Shown here: positions 1 to 11,588 of the stretch, piece by piece
How the letters are laid out: each line of letters starts with the position of its first letter
How positions within the stretch are numbered: position 1 is the first letter of the stretch
Assembly (NCBI GenBank): GCA_965261775.1
Contig: OZ253477.1
Location: 526,407-590,406 of the forward strand
DNA length: 64,000 nt
Direction of reading: 5' to 3'
Origin: Gammaproteobacteria bacterium
GTDB taxonomy: Bacteria; Pseudomonadota; Gammaproteobacteria; Eutrophobiales; Eutrophobiaceae
Position numbers and translations under genes: made by a program
Notes under the pieces: generated by a model
Databases searched by the model: none
What the model was told of the DNA's origin: nothing
Seen by the model: only the letters and a program-made list of their open reading frames with translations

Positions 1-1145
1 TACCGATACGTGACGCGCTCAATCGCGTATCGGCAAGCAATATCCATTCTCCCGTCAATGTGCCAGCAGGACGCAATTCGGCTATGGACGGATACGCCAT
101 CCGTGCCGAAGATTTGCCGGAAAAAGGGACGGCGACATTGGAATTGATTGGCTCCGCTTTTGCTGGTAGCCCTTTCCGGGGAAAACTGGAAAATGGCAAA
201 TGTGTACGTATTATGACCGGTGCCCTTATCCCGGCAGGCGCAGATACTGTGATTATTCAGGAGCACGTCAGGGCCGATGGCAAACATATCCACATTGACG
301 GCCCGGGCAAGGCTGGCGGGAATATCCGTCAGGCCGGTGAAGACCTTGCCACAGGCGATGTAGTATTGGAAAAGGGCATGAAACTAACACCGGCTGGCGC
401 GGGGTTGCTGGCTTCACTGGGTATTGCGGAAATCAAAGTCTATCGTCCGGTACGGGTGGCTTTCTTTTCTACGGGAGATGAATTGCGTTCACTCGGCGAG
501 CCCCTGGAGGCCGGCGCGATCTATGATAGCAATCGCTATACTTTGTATGGCATGTTGTCGCAACCGGGAGGAATTGAGATCAGCGATATGGGCATTATCA
601 GGGATGAGCGTGAATTGATCGAGCAGGCTTTTCTGGCGGTTAAGGACAGGACGGATGTCTTGCTCACTTCCGGTGGCGCTTCCGTCGGTGAAGCTGACTA
701 TATCAAAGAAGTCCTGTTAAAAAACGGGCAGATAATGTTCGAAAAGGTCGCCATAAAACCGGGGCGCCCGCTGGTATTTGGCCGATTGGGTTCAAGCCAT
801 TTTTTTGGTCTGCCCGGCAATCCGGTATCTGTTATGGTGACATTTTATCAGTTCGTACAGCCTGCCTTGAAAAGGCTTGCCGGTGAGAGGATGATAACAC
901 CCCTTGTGATACAAGCCCACTGCGTTTCCACGCTTAAAAAACGTCCCGGTCGGGTTGAATATCAGCGCGGCGTTTTGGAGCAGGGTGACAACGGAAAACT
1001 GCTGGTACGCAAAACCGGCGTGCAGGGGTCAGGCATATTGCGTTCCATGGCGGATGCCAACTGTTTTATCATATTGCCGCTTGACAGCGAAGAGGTCCGA
1101 CCTGGCGATATGGTCACTGTGCAACCCTTCTATGGGCTGACGTAA
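1..1145 (+). CDS. moeA: Molybdopterin molybdenumtransferase MoeA (5'-truncated by window edge)
   Basis: SAMDGYA, RIMTGA, FSTGDEL, DSN, SGGASVG, IKPGRP and LPGNPVS motifs; the frame is open back to the window start (PIRDALNRV...). Confidence 0.95.
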   Translation, partial: PIRDALNRVSASNIHSPVNVPAGRNSAMDGYAIRAEDLPEKGTATLELIGSAFAGSPFRGKLENGKCVRIMTGALIPAGADTVIIQEHVRADGKHIHIDGPGKAGGNIRQAGEDLATGDVVLEKGMKLTPAGAGLLASLGIAEIKVYRPVRVAFFSTGDELRSLGEPLEAGAIYDSNRYTLYGMLSQPGGIEISDMGIIRDERELIEQAFLAVKDRTDVLLTSGGASVGEADYIKEVLLKNGQIMFEKVAIKPGRPLVFGRLGSSHFFGLPGNPVSVMVTFYQFVQPALKRLAGERMITPLVIQAHCVSTLKKRPGRVEYQRGVLEQGDNGKLLVRKTGVQGSGILRSMADANCFIILPLDSEEVRPGDMVTVQPFYGLT

Positions 1146-1326
1146 ACCCGGTACGTAAATATCGCGCACCCTGAGAAAATGCATCGCAACCTGACGCGAT
1201 CACCCGCACAACCGGGCGGCTAAAGTGACATTCGTTTGTCGAGGGACTGAAAGCACCGTAATCCCCCTGCTCTGTTAATACCGTATGAGCGGGTATTTCC
1301 ATTCATTATCAATTCCCGTTGCTTCT

Positions 1327-2907
1327 TCACTCTACACTCGCGTGAAATTGAACCTCCGGCCAACGCTCCATCGTTAAATTAAGGTTAACCATTGAGGGCG
1401 CCAGATAGCTCAGGCGATCTTTACCGTCCAGCGCGATGTTATCTGCCATTTTGTTTTCGAATTTATCCAGCATTTCCCTGCTGTCGCATTCAATCCAGCG
1501 TACCGCTGTAATCGGGAGATTATCGTAGCTGCATTCCACACCGTATTCTTCTTGCAGTCGCCATGCCACGACGTCAAATTGCAGTACCCCGATTGCTCCC
1601 AATATCAGATCGTTTCTGTTGATCGGTCTGAACACCTGCGTAGCACCTTCTTCCCCGAGTTGTATCAGTCCTTTTTGCAGGGCTTTTAGTTTTAGCGGAT
1701 TATCCAGACGGATACGCCGAAACAGTTCGGGGGCAAAATGCGGGATTCCGGTAAAATTGAGTTTTTCTCCCTGAGTGAAGGTATCGCCTATCTGTATTGT
1801 GCCGTGATTGTGAAGGCCAATGACATCCCCCGGCCAGGAACATTCCGCCCGTTCACGGTTATCCGCCACAAAACTGAGGGCGTTGGAAATTTGTACATCA
1901 CGTCCCAGCCGCACATGATGTATTTTCATGCCCCGTTGATAGTTGCCGGAACATATGCGCAGAAAGGCAATGCGGTCGCGATGGGCCGGATCCATATTGG
2001 CCTGTATCTTAAATACAAAACCGCTCAAGCTGTTTTCCTCCGGCGCTACCCGACGTTCACTGGTTATTCTGCCCCGGGGCGGCGGAGCATGTTCAATGAG
2101 ACAATCCAGGAGTTCGGAAACACCAAAATTGTTCAACGCCGTGCCGAAGAATACCGGGGTTATACGACCTGCCAGAAAATCCTCTTGATTAAAATCATCA
2201 TAGACTCCCTGAATGAGTTTTATCTCTTCTTGCAGCTCTGGCAAATAGTCTCCCAGCACGGAGATTGAGGGTTCGTCATAAAGGCCTCCAACCAGGGTTT
2301 TATGCCTGTTCTTTTTATCGTAGAACCGGATGTTATCATCGATCATATTGTAAATACCCTTCAGTCCGGAACCCATACCGATTGGCCAGGTAAAGGGGAC
2401 GCATTTAATTTTCAGTTCTGTTTCAATTTCATCCAGCAAGTCAATGGGGTCTTTGCCGTCACGGTCAAGTTTGTTGATAAACGTGATAATCGGCGTGTCG
2501 CGCAGGCGACAAACTTCCATTAATTTCAGCGTCCTTTCTTCCACACCCCTGGCAACGTCAATGACCATCAGCGCCGAATCAACAGCAGTCAGAGTGCGAT
2601 AGGTGTCTTCGGAAAAATCGGCGTGACCGGGCGTATCCAACAGATTGATAATATTGCCGTTATATGCAAACTGCATGACGGAGCTGGTCACCGAAATGCC
2701 CCGCTCCTTCTCCATCTGCATCCAGTCCGATGCGACGTGGCGACCGGATTTTCGCGCCTTGACCGTCCCCGCCGTCTGAATAGCGCCACCATATAGAAGC
2801 AGTTGTTCGGTTATGGTGGTCTTGCCCGCGTCGGGATGAGAGATGATCGCGAAGGTACGACGCCTGTTTATCTGGCAAATTTGCTCTGACATCTTGCCGT
2901 GCTTCAA
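1327..2907 (-). CDS. prfC: Peptide chain release factor 3
   Basis: [36 protein letters not shown]. Confidence 0.97.
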   Translation of the reverse strand: MKHGKMSEQICQINRRRTFAIISHPDAGKTTITEQLLLYGGAIQTAGTVKARKSGRHVASDWMQMEKERGISVTSSVMQFAYNGNIINLLDTPGHADFSEDTYRTLTAVDSALMVIDVARGVEERTLKLMEVCRLRDTPIITFINKLDRDGKDPIDLLDEIETELKIKCVPFTWPIGMGSGLKGIYNMIDDNIRFYDKKNRHKTLVGGLYDEPSISVLGDYLPELQEEIKLIQGVYDDFNQEDFLAGRITPVFFGTALNNFGVSELLDCLIEHAPPPRGRITSERRVAPEENSLSGFVFKIQANMDPAHRDRIAFLRICSGNYQRGMKIHHVRLGRDVQISNALSFVADNRERAECSWPGDVIGLHNHGTIQIGDTFTQGEKLNFTGIPHFAPELFRRIRLDNPLKLKALQKGLIQLGEEGATQVFRPINRNDLILGAIGVLQFDVVAWRLQEEYGVECSYDNLPITAVRWIECDSREMLDKFENKMADNIALDGKDRLSYLAPSMVNLNLTMERWPEVQFHASVE

Positions 2908-3659
2908 TAATGATGAGGCCGCGGTTTATCCATCAATGCCTTCATTTCCCTGACGGCTTCCGTCATACCCGTCAATACGGCGCGCGCGATAATGCTGTGT
3001 CCTATATTGAGTTCCCGTATTTTCGGAATGGCGGCGATCTGCTGTACATTTTGATAGTTAAGCCCGTGTCCCGCATTGACATTGAGACCTATCCGATCGG
3101 CATATTCCACGCTTCTGATGATCCGATTCAACTCATCCAGGCCGGCTTTTTCATCAACAGCATCGGTATAGTGTCCTGTGTGTATTTCAATATAAGGTGC
3201 CCCGGCGTCCGCCGCTGCCTGAATCTGTTCTTCATCGGCATTGATGAATAAGGATACCCTGATGTCGGCTTCTCGCAATCGGGCACAACTCTCTCGCACA
3301 CGAGGTAACCGGGATATGACATCCAGCCCGCCCTCGGTGGTCAATTCTTCGCGTTTTTCCGGGACCAGACAACAGAAAGCGGGGCGGACGGTTTCGGCAA
3401 TCGCCAACATTTCTTCAGTCAGGGCCATCTCAAGATTCATCGGCGTCTGTAGAGTCTCTTTCAGTAAATTGACATCGCGTTCCTGAATATGCCGTCGGTC
3501 TTCACGCAAATGGATTGTGATTGAATCGGCGCCAGCCTGCTCGGCAAGCTGCGCCGCAAATACCGGGTCAGGATAAGTCGTTCCACGCGCCTGACGCAGT
3601 GTCGCAATGTGATCAATATTGACGCCGAGTAGCATGACTGACTTTTTTATTGTGGACAT
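2904..3659 (-). CDS. pdxJ: Pyridoxine 5'-phosphate synthase (start may be 3635)
   Basis: [42 protein letters not shown]. Confidence 0.97.
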   Translation of the reverse strand: MSTIKKSVMLLGVNIDHIATLRQARGTTYPDPVFAAQLAEQAGADSITIHLREDRRHIQERDVNLLKETLQTPMNLEMALTEEMLAIAETVRPAFCCLVPEKREELTTEGGLDVISRLPRVRESCARLREADIRVSLFINADEEQIQAAADAGAPYIEIHTGHYTDAVDEKAGLDELNRIIRSVEYADRIGLNVNAGHGLNYQNVQQIAAIPKIRELNIGHSIIARAVLTGMTEAVREMKALMDKPRPHHY

Positions 3660-4365
3660 AAGCTTGATACAACCGGCGACTGGACAGAGGTTTGTCTCCT
3701 AAATGTTTCGTCAGTATCGTTCTTAATAAACACTTGGTGGCGTTGATATTTTCTTCTCCACACAGGGTCTGATTGCTCATCTGCAACAGGGCGGCCCCTG
3801 ATATTCTGATTCCACCGCCCGCCGACGCAGTATCCTTCGGGACCTTGGCGGGACCGGAATCAAATCGATACAGGTAGTCGCTTTCGGTATTGACAGGGTC
3901 GCCCGTCGCGACATCATGGTCCAGTACAATACCGTATCCAATTGATTTCAAAAGCGTGTATTCATAATAACGCAGAATGATATTCGCTGATTCACCTTTC
4001 ACCAATCGCGCCAATGTAGATTCGTAGGCATCAAACAATTCCATGTGGGGTTCATGTTTGTGTAACAGCCGCATTGTGATTTCGTTGATATAAAAGCCGA
4101 CCATCATTAATTCCGGTTCCGGCCGCTGGACCTTTCCGGCATACTCAATATGGATCAGGTTCCCCAGTTCGGATTTCGCTGACCATGATAATAAGTATTT
4201 CTGATACAGGTCATAATTGTCGGCGCATCTTTTTTTATCGCGCTTTATCCCCTTCGCCACGAGATTCAGCCTCCCGTGTTCGCGCGAGAACACATCCAGT
4301 AATAAACTGCTTTCGCGATAATTACGATGGTGCAGTATAAATGCGGGCGTAAATTCAGCTTTCAT
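3613..4365 (-). CDS. recO: DNA repair protein RecO
   Basis: [26 protein letters not shown]-terminus; position after era. Confidence 0.93.
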   Translation of the reverse strand: MKAEFTPAFILHHRNYRESSLLLDVFSREHGRLNLVAKGIKRDKKRCADNYDLYQKYLLSWSAKSELGNLIHIEYAGKVQRPEPELMMVGFYINEITMRLLHKHEPHMELFDAYESTLARLVKGESANIILRYYEYTLLKSIGYGIVLDHDVATGDPVNTESDYLYRFDSGPAKVPKDTASAGGGIRISGAALLQMSNQTLCGEENINATKCLLRTILTKHLGDKPLSSRRLYQAYVHNKKVSHATRRQY

Positions 4366-5258
4366 GCTTGTATATAACCGAGCTGCCGTAAGGCCTGTTC
4401 GGAATCCGCCCAGTTTGCCTTAACCCTGACCCAGGTTTTCAAATTGACTTTTTTTTCCAGCAGTTTCTCCATATCTTTTCGGGCTGCTATGCCAACGGCC
4501 TTAAGCAAAGTACCTCCTTTGCCAATGACGATGTTCTTCTGCCCTTTTTTTTCAACCCATATCACGGCATGGATATGAATGACATTTTTATTTTCCCTGA
4601 AAAGCTCAATGGTGGTAGACAAACGGTAAGGCAATTCATCACCGAGGCGAAAGAACAGTTTTTCCCGTATGAATTCTGCGACCAGAAAACGGGGGTCCTT
4701 ATTGGTAATCCGATCAGCAGGATACAACGGTGGTGCTATGGGCAATCTATTGATTAGCATTGGTCTCAGCTTGTCCAGCCCATCTCCTCTACTTGCGGAA
4801 ACAGGCAAAATTTCCGTTAAACCCGTTTCTTTGGCAATGCTACCAATGAACGATAGCAATTTGTTTTTTTCTTTCAATTTATCCAGCTTATTCAGCAAGA
4901 TGATGATGTTATCACGCGGAACATGTTTAAGCGCCGTCAGAACATTTTGGTCAAGCAGGTTCCATTTCATACACTCAACCATAAAGAGAACAACGTCAAT
5001 ATGATGCAGGGCATTCATCACTTCCCGGTTCATGTATCGATTCAACGCCACTCCGGGACGTTGTTGCAGGCCGGGAGTATCAATAAAAATGATCTGCGCC
5101 CGGTCGATCGTCTCTATTCCTTGAATATTCCAGCGAGTCGTCTGGGGTTTTCTGGAAACGATACTGAGTTTTGTCTCAAACAGGCGATTTAATAACGTCG
5201 ATTTACCAACATTAGGACGGCCTACAATACTGACATAACCTGTTCGAAAGTTATCCAT
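4362..5258 (-). CDS. era: GTPase Era
   Basis: GRPNVGKST, PQTTR, DTPG, NKLD; KH domain VIGKGG. Confidence 0.97.
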   Translation of the reverse strand: MDNFRTGYVSIVGRPNVGKSTLLNRLFETKLSIVSRKPQTTRWNIQGIETIDRAQIIFIDTPGLQQRPGVALNRYMNREVMNALHHIDVVLFMVECMKWNLLDQNVLTALKHVPRDNIIILLNKLDKLKEKNKLLSFIGSIAKETGLTEILPVSASRGDGLDKLRPMLINRLPIAPPLYPADRITNKDPRFLVAEFIREKLFFRLGDELPYRLSTTIELFRENKNVIHIHAVIWVEKKGQKNIVIGKGGTLLKAVGIAARKDMEKLLEKKVNLKTWVRVKANWADSEQALRQLGYIQA

Positions 5259-5268
5259 CGTGCGTTGG

Positions 5269-5922
5269 TTATTGTCGCGATTCTAAAAGCGCCAGCACCT
5301 TTTCAGCGGCGGATTGTTCGGCCTTGCGTTTGCTGCTTCCGCTGGCGGATACGGCGTTATCTAATATATTGACTTTGCAAGACACCGTGAACTCGGGTTG
5401 ATGGGAAAAACCCGTTTCTTCAATAACAGTGTAGACCGGAACCGCTTCTTTCCTGGACTGAAGGTATTCCTGTAGACGTGATTTCGGGTCTTTTTCCGTG
5501 TCGGACGCGTCAATCTTTTCAAGATGAGACTGATATAATTGCACGATGACATTGCGACAGGTCTCCAGATTGGAATCCAGATAGACAGAAGCAATGAATG
5601 CTTCCAGAGTGCCTGCCAGAATAGAATGCCGCCGCCAGCCGCCGCTTTTTCTTTCACCCGGACCGAGTTTCAACTTGTCGGACAGATCTATTTCCTTCGC
5701 GATTTCGGCCAGCTTTTCTTTTCTTACCAGAGCGGCCCTGAGTCTTGTCAATTCGCCCTCGGACGCTTGCGGAAATTTTTTATACAGGATATCCGAAATA
5801 ATAAAACCCAGTATCGCGTCCCCCAGATATTCAAGCCTTTCGTTATTATGACTGCCGATACTGCGGTGGCTCAAGGCCCGCACCAGCAGATCAGCATTAT
5901 TGAATTTGTAATTGATCAGCAC
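5269..5922 (-). CDS. rnc: Ribonuclease III
   Basis: NNERLEYLGDA signature; dsRBD DPKSRLQEYLQ...AEQSAA; GTG start. Confidence 0.96.
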   Translation of the reverse strand: MLINYKFNNADLLVRALSHRSIGSHNNERLEYLGDAILGFIISDILYKKFPQASEGELTRLRAALVRKEKLAEIAKEIDLSDKLKLGPGERKSGGWRRHSILAGTLEAFIASVYLDSNLETCRNVIVQLYQSHLEKIDASDTEKDPKSRLQEYLQSRKEAVPVYTVIEETGFSHQPEFTVSCKVNILDNAVSASGSSKRKAEQSAAEKVLALLESRQ

Positions 5923-5927
5923 ATTAT

Positions 5928-6350
5928 CTATTGTGATGTAACCCCCAATTCAACCGTTTCATCAACATCCATCATCAGAAAAACGTCTTTAAAGAGCCTG
6001 TTTTCAGCTCTGTATTTTACATTAAGAAATCGCCTGTTCCCGTCTTTCGATTTGGTTACGGTGACCAATTCCTTTACTTTATTCTCGCTAAACCTTTCCA
6101 GGTTGTTAATCCCGGCTTTTGTCACAAACCGTTTGCGAATATCTCTAGTCGTTTTATTTTTCATGCTGTGTTCACTGGCCATTGATTCCATGACGCCTGT
6201 TACAGCAAAGTATTCACTATAGAGCGGAAAGAGCCTGAGCGCAAAGATAACAAAACACCCTACTACTACCAGGATTAAAAAAATACCGGTAAAAGTTATT
6301 CCTCGCTGATACTGCGCCACCTGCTTCATCTTCTGATTACCTCCTAACAA
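5928..6350 (-). CDS. DUF4845-like membrane-anchored protein
   Basis: Q-RG-T + hydrophobic helix + P-Y; typical position between lepB and rnc. Confidence 0.75.
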   Translation of the reverse strand: MLGGNQKMKQVAQYQRGITFTGIFLILVVVGCFVIFALRLFPLYSEYFAVTGVMESMASEHSMKNKTTRDIRKRFVTKAGINNLERFSENKVKELVTVTKSKDGNRRFLNVKYRAENRLFKDVFLMMDVDETVELGVTSQ

Positions 6351-6378
6351 TTAAATCTTTAATTTTTATTCTATTCTT

Positions 6379-7185
6379 TCACAAATGCATGAATTTACCA
6401 AACCGGCTGAAATCCGCGCTCTCATCATTTTCAATGTTCCAGTTCATCCATACTATAATAGCCCGACCGACGAGATTTTCATCAGGGACAAACCCCCACA
6501 CACGACTGTCCCTGCTGTTATCACGATTATCACCCAATACAAAATAATGCCCTTCCGGAACGATTTTTTCCAGTTTTGCCGATGCCCGATCAGGACGAAG
6601 CAATGTTTCATAACGAATGCCATTATGCAACGTTTCAACTCGTGTTGATACGAAACGCTTTTCCCCATTATAGTCCTTTTTCAAGGATTGTGTTACAGGC
6701 ATACCATTGACATATAGAGTTTTATTGCGATAGGCAATTTTGTCCCCAGGTAATCCGACAACACGTTTTATAAACAGGATATCCGGGTTTTGTGGAAAAC
6801 GAAACACAATGACATCACCTCTTTCTGGCATGCCGCCCCCAAAAATCTCCCAGTGTGAAACCGGAAAACGCAGGCCATAGGCATATTTATTCACCAGAAT
6901 AAAGTCGCCGATCAACAGTGTCGGCATCATTGAAGCCGAAGGAATCCTGAACGGTTCAAACAAAAATGAACGCAATACAAAAACTGCCAGGAAAACAGGG
7001 AAAAATGATCTCGAAAATTCAGTGATCCACGGCCGTTTCAAAGTTTTTGTCTTTTCTGCTTTATCTTTGAATCCGTCAGGCGCGAGCGCTTCCTTTCGAG
7101 CGCGGGCAAAAAAAAGGTCAATCAGGCAGATTAAACCGGTGACAGACGTCAGCAGGAGCAATATTGCGGAAAAATCAAATTTCAT
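6379..7185 (-). CDS. lepB: Signal peptidase I
   Basis: [14 protein letters not shown] (Ser), FIKRVVG (Lys), [11 protein letters not shown]. Confidence 0.97.
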   Translation of the reverse strand: MKFDFSAILLLLTSVTGLICLIDLFFARARKEALAPDGFKDKAEKTKTLKRPWITEFSRSFFPVFLAVFVLRSFLFEPFRIPSASMMPTLLIGDFILVNKYAYGLRFPVSHWEIFGGGMPERGDVIVFRFPQNPDILFIKRVVGLPGDKIAYRNKTLYVNGMPVTQSLKKDYNGEKRFVSTRVETLHNGIRYETLLRPDRASAKLEKIVPEGHYFVLGDNRDNSRDSRVWGFVPDENLVGRAIIVWMNWNIENDESADFSRFGKFMHL

Positions 7186-8978
7186 TTGTTTTTGCCGATA
7201 TGCAGGATCGCCATAAAGGCCGCTTGTGGTATTTCAACCGAACCAAATTGTTTCATACGTTTTTTACCTGCCTTCTGTTTTTCCAGTAATTTGCGTTTAC
7301 GCGTGATATCCCCACCGTAGCACTTGGCGGTCACATTTTTTCGCATCGCCCGGACAGTCTGTCTCGCCAGAATTTTGGAGCCAATAGCTGCCTGAATGGC
7401 TACTTCATACATCTGACGAGGAATGAGTTCCTTTATCTTTTCTGTGAGCTCCCGACCGTGGCGCCGGGATAAATCCCGATGTACGATGCAGGACAACGCG
7501 TCAACGCGCTCACTATTTATCAAAATATCCAGTTTCACCAAATTCGCTGCCTCAAAACGATTGAAATGATAATCAAACGAGGCGAAACCCCTGCTCATTG
7601 ATTTAAGACGGCTGAAAAAATCCAGCACGACTTCACTCAAGGGCATTTCAAATGAGAGCGATACCTGCTTACCAAGATAGCGCAGGTTTTTTTGTACCCC
7701 TCTCTTCTCCATACAAAGCCCGATCACATTCCCTAGATACTCGTTCGGCGTCAGTATATCGGCGGTAATGACCGGTTCCCGGATTTCAAGCACGTTCTCT
7801 GCTGGAGGAAGTTTGACGGGATTATCAATACTGATTATACCATTATTTTTCGTCAGTACCTGATAAACCACCGTCGGGGCAGTGGTGATCAGTACCAGGT
7901 TATATTCACGCTCCAGGCGCTCCTGGATGATCTCCATATGCAACAGGCCAAGAAAACCGCAGCGAAAACCGCAACCCAACGCATGTGAGGTTTCCGGCTC
8001 ATAGTGCAAAGCGGCGTCATTCAGCTTTAATTTTGCCAACGCTTCCCTTAATGCCTCGTAATTGCCGGAATCCACCGGGAACAGCCCTGAAAAAACCCGA
8101 GGGTTAACTGTCTGGAATCCAGCCAGTGCTTCCGTCGCCGGTTGATTGGCAAACGTGAGCGTATCGCCGACTGGCGCACCGTCAATATCCTTTATCCCGG
8201 CAACGACATAACCGACCTGACCCGCGCCTAAACAATCTTTGGGGCATTGTTTTGGCGTAAAAATACCTATCTGGTCCACCGGAAAATCGCGTCCAGTGGA
8301 CATAACCCGGATTTTATCTCCCCGTCGTAACTGACCTTCGTTTATTCTTACCAGCGAAACCACACCCAGATAATTATCAAACCAGGAATCAATGATCAAT
8401 GCCCTCAACGTGGCATTCGGTGTGCCGTGCGGGGGCGGAATCTTGCGGATCAACTGTTCAAGCAGTGCTTCTACACCGGTACCGAATTTGGCGCTGATAC
8501 GCAGGGACTGCTGCGCATCAATTCCGATGATTTCCTCAATCTCGTGAATGATTTTGTCCGGTTCCGCTGACGGCAGATCAACCTTGTTTATCACCGGCAG
8601 CACTTCAAGGTTATTGTCAACAGCCATCAGACAAGTAGCGACGCTTTGTGCTTCCACTCCCTGAGCCGCATCCACCACTAGTAAGGCGCCCTCGCACGCC
8701 GCTAGTGAACGCGACACCTCATAACTGAAGTCAACATGACCCGGTGTATCAATGATGTTTAACTGATAGGTCTTGCCGTCTCCAGCCTTGTATTCAAGCG
8801 TGACACTTTGCGCCTTGATAGTAATACCGCGTTCCCGCTCGATATCCATAGAGTCCAGTATCTGGTCTGCCATTTCACGCTGGCTCAATCCGCCGCAAAT
8901 CTGGATAAATCGATCCGCTAGCGTCGATTTACCATGGTCAATATGCGCGATGATGGAAAAGTTACGGATATTCTGCAT
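7182..8978 (-). CDS. lepA: Elongation factor 4 / LepA
   Basis: [20 protein letters not shown]; C-terminal [18 protein letters not shown]. Confidence 0.98.
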   Translation of the reverse strand: MQNIRNFSIIAHIDHGKSTLADRFIQICGGLSQREMADQILDSMDIERERGITIKAQSVTLEYKAGDGKTYQLNIIDTPGHVDFSYEVSRSLAACEGALLVVDAAQGVEAQSVATCLMAVDNNLEVLPVINKVDLPSAEPDKIIHEIEEIIGIDAQQSLRISAKFGTGVEALLEQLIRKIPPPHGTPNATLRALIIDSWFDNYLGVVSLVRINEGQLRRGDKIRVMSTGRDFPVDQIGIFTPKQCPKDCLGAGQVGYVVAGIKDIDGAPVGDTLTFANQPATEALAGFQTVNPRVFSGLFPVDSGNYEALREALAKLKLNDAALHYEPETSHALGCGFRCGFLGLLHMEIIQERLEREYNLVLITTAPTVVYQVLTKNNGIISIDNPVKLPPAENVLEIREPVITADILTPNEYLGNVIGLCMEKRGVQKNLRYLGKQVSLSFEMPLSEVVLDFFSRLKSMSRGFASFDYHFNRFEAANLVKLDILINSERVDALSCIVHRDLSRRHGRELTEKIKELIPRQMYEVAIQAAIGSKILARQTVRAMRKNVTAKCYGGDITRKRKLLEKQKAGKKRMKQFGSVEIPQAAFMAILHIGKNK

Positions 8979-8984
8979 ATCTCA

Positions 8985-9052
8985 TTATCCGCATGCACAG
9001 ACGATGGCCGAGTACAAAACGCTCAGTCGCCGTCTGCGTAATCTACGGATAA
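8985..9052 (-). promoter_or_regulatory. Long imperfect stem-loop in lepA 5' leader
   Basis: Minus-strand arms ttatccgta/tgcggataa, cgcagacg/cgtctgtg, gactgag/ctcggcc; ends 6 nt before the lepA ATG. Confidence 0.5.
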
Positions 9053-9125
9053 AAAATTAAAGACACCGTCGCAACCTTGCGCTGGCGTACCTGCCTGCCG
9101 CAGGCACGGAAACGGAGGAGGAAAA

Positions 9126-10568
9126 CTATTCATCCTCTATCATGAGCGCAAGGAATATTGGTCCGCCGCGACGCTGTATCAATACTGGTACGGAACGATT
9201 TCTAGACAATCCATCAAGCAGTTGATTGAAATGCTCAATATCCCTTATCTTTACATTATTCATAAGCAGTATTATATCTCCATCGCGTATGCCCGCTTTC
9301 TGCGCCGGGCCCTCATCAACCCGTTCCACTAGAATACCATGCTCACTTTGCAGTTCTTTTTTCTGTTTCTCAGACAGATCCTTGACGACGATGTTTAACA
9401 GGTTGTAGCGTGACTTTTTGCCCGAACCGTTATTGCCTGCGATGATGTCATCTCCTGGCAGCTCAGACACTGTAAGCCACAGTGTCTTATGCCTTGAACG
9501 ACGAAGGATTTCAATGGAAACGGTGTCGCCGACAGGGGTATTCCCGACCAGAGGAGGCAACTCAGAGGAAAAATCAATTTTCTCGCCGTTGAATTTAACG
9601 ATAACATCACCGACTTCAATACCGGCTTTTTCAGCCGGACTGCCTTTAATCACTTTGCTGATCAGAGCACCATGCGGATATTCCATGTCAAAGGATTCCG
9701 CCAGGTTTCTCGTGATATCCTGTATCAGTACTCCTAGCCAGCCCCTTGATACTCGCCCCTTGTCACGTAGCTGTTTATAGACATTTTCTACAACATCGGC
9801 TGGCACGGAAAACGACAGCCCCATAAAGACACCGGTCGGACTGTAAATCTGTGAGTTGACGCCGATTACCTCACCAGCAAGATTAAACAACGGTCCACCG
9901 GAATTGCCCGGGTTGATCACCACGTCGGTCTGAATGAAGGGGACATAATTTTCTCTGGGCAGACTCCGTCCGATAGCGCTGATGATCCCGGCGGTGGCCG
10001 AGTAGTCAAAACCAAACGGCGACCCGATGGCCAGTACCCATTGCCCCACTTTCAGTTTCGATGTGTCACCAAAGCGCAAGATGGGCAAATTTTCCTTGGC
10101 GTTCACCTTCAGCAAGGCGATATCGCTACGTGCATCAGAGCCGACAAGCTCAGCCGTGTATTCACGCTGATTATTCAAGCTGACAATAATTTCAGTCGCG
10201 CCTTTAACAACATGATGATTGGTAATGACATAGCCGTCTTTCGAAATGATAAATCCTGACCCCAGCGAGGAACGTTCCCCGAACGGAGATGATTGCTCCG
10301 GCATTTCCCCGAAATACTTTTTAAAAAATTCATAAAAAGGGCTTTTTTCAGGCATATCGGGAAAACCGGGCATCTGATAAGGGAGCACGCCAGATAAATT
10401 GGAACTAGTGCTGATATTAACCACTGCCGCCGACTTGTCATCAATCAACCCGGTAAAATCTGGTAATGCCTGTGCATTGGCCAGGCTGGCGGTGAATATC
10501 AAAAAACCCGCCAGACTGGCAGTAATGAGATAATTTTTCACGGATTGCATGATTATTGATGTTGTCAA
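9126..10568 (-). CDS. mucD: DegP/DegQ/MucD periplasmic serine protease with two PDZ domains
   Basis: Signal peptide, GSGFII, TNHHV, INPGNSGG, two PDZ; downstream of rseB. Confidence 0.9.
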   Translation of the reverse strand: MTTSIIMQSVKNYLITASLAGFLIFTASLANAQALPDFTGLIDDKSAAVVNISTSSNLSGVLPYQMPGFPDMPEKSPFYEFFKKYFGEMPEQSSPFGERSSLGSGFIISKDGYVITNHHVVKGATEIIVSLNNQREYTAELVGSDARSDIALLKVNAKENLPILRFGDTSKLKVGQWVLAIGSPFGFDYSATAGIISAIGRSLPRENYVPFIQTDVVINPGNSGGPLFNLAGEVIGVNSQIYSPTGVFMGLSFSVPADVVENVYKQLRDKGRVSRGWLGVLIQDITRNLAESFDMEYPHGALISKVIKGSPAEKAGIEVGDVIVKFNGEKIDFSSELPPLVGNTPVGDTVSIEILRRSRHKTLWLTVSELPGDDIIAGNNGSGKKSRYNLLNIVVKDLSEKQKKELQSEHGILVERVDEGPAQKAGIRDGDIILLMNNVKIRDIEHFNQLLDGLSRNRSVPVLIQRRGGPIFLALMIEDE

Positions 10569-10591
10569 CGCTTATCGCTGTCTAGAAAGAT

Positions 10592-11578
10592 TCATTGGTG
10601 AATAAATTCTACATGATCCGCCATTTTTCTGACAGTCTCTCCCGGAACTTCGCCGATAACAGTCACCCGATGATCATCTATATAGAACGCATAGGCGTTG
10701 ACGCTCCCAACCCTGGAAATATTCGTATCTGGTTCTTCCAGGTGTCGCCCTTGTACTTTCTCAACAAAAATGGAAACCACCGCCAAGCCGTCCGTATAGA
10801 CAAGCTGTTCTACCAGCGACGCACCAGCGCCCATGGCCTGTCTGCCATACTTGCTCATCATGAATCCAGCCGGTTTCCAAGTTGTCCGCCAGCGTTTCAT
10901 ACCGGACTTTGATGAGATCGGCACCGGTTTCAAATTATCGTGAAGGGTATAGCCCTCGGTCGCAAATGACGATTTCAACAATGAACCGTCAATATCATCA
11001 AGCACATCAAGACGGGTAAATATAATCTGCTCAAGTATCACGCCCGGCTGATTCTTCAATTCTGACTTGAGCAATAATTTTGATTGTTTATCAACCCAGA
11101 CTTGATAACCATAACGATATTTATCCTTCGGACTTATATTGACAATCCACGCATCCCGTCCAGCAATCCGGTCCTGTCCAACGATTTCAAAATTATAGAA
11201 GTCGGATATCGGCTGCGTCGGTCTCGGCAAATAAGTCGATATCAGTTCCTCCACCCTGCTTTTTTCAACCAGCACAGACTTTTTTTCGGGGAAATAGTAT
11301 TTTACCTTTCCACGGCTGCGTATCACTTCCCGCGCCTCACCGGTCAGTGAAACGAGACGTTCATAAACGGCATTCTTGTCGGCCTTATGAATGATACGCA
11401 TGGTATCAATACGCTCGTCATGACAGTGGATGAACACGCCATCATAATTGAGGGAACGGCCTGCCTCCGACATTTCATTCAGCAGTATCTTCGGCTCGGG
11501 CGTTTTCGGTTCGGAGTAAACCGACAACATCGCCACGGAGAGTAAAACAAAAACCAGGACTGCTATTGGGTTTTTCAA
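10592..11578 (-). CDS. rseB: Sigma-E regulatory protein RseB/MucB (probable TTG start 11578)
   Basis: LNYDGVF, ERLVSLTGEAREVIR, DRIAGR, YTDGLAVVSIFVE, GEVP. Confidence 0.9.
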   Translation of the reverse strand: MKNPIAVLVFVLLSVAMLSVYSEPKTPEPKILLNEMSEAGRSLNYDGVFIHCHDERIDTMRIIHKADKNAVYERLVSLTGEAREVIRSRGKVKYYFPEKKSVLVEKSRVEELISTYLPRPTQPISDFYNFEIVGQDRIAGRDAWIVNISPKDKYRYGYQVWVDKQSKLLLKSELKNQPGVILEQIIFTRLDVLDDIDGSLLKSSFATEGYTLHDNLKPVPISSKSGMKRWRTTWKPAGFMMSKYGRQAMGAGASLVEQLVYTDGLAVVSIFVEKVQGRHLEEPDTNISRVGSVNAYAFYIDDHRVTVIGEVPGETVRKMADHVEFIHQ

Positions 11579-11588
11579 CGACAGGCTA

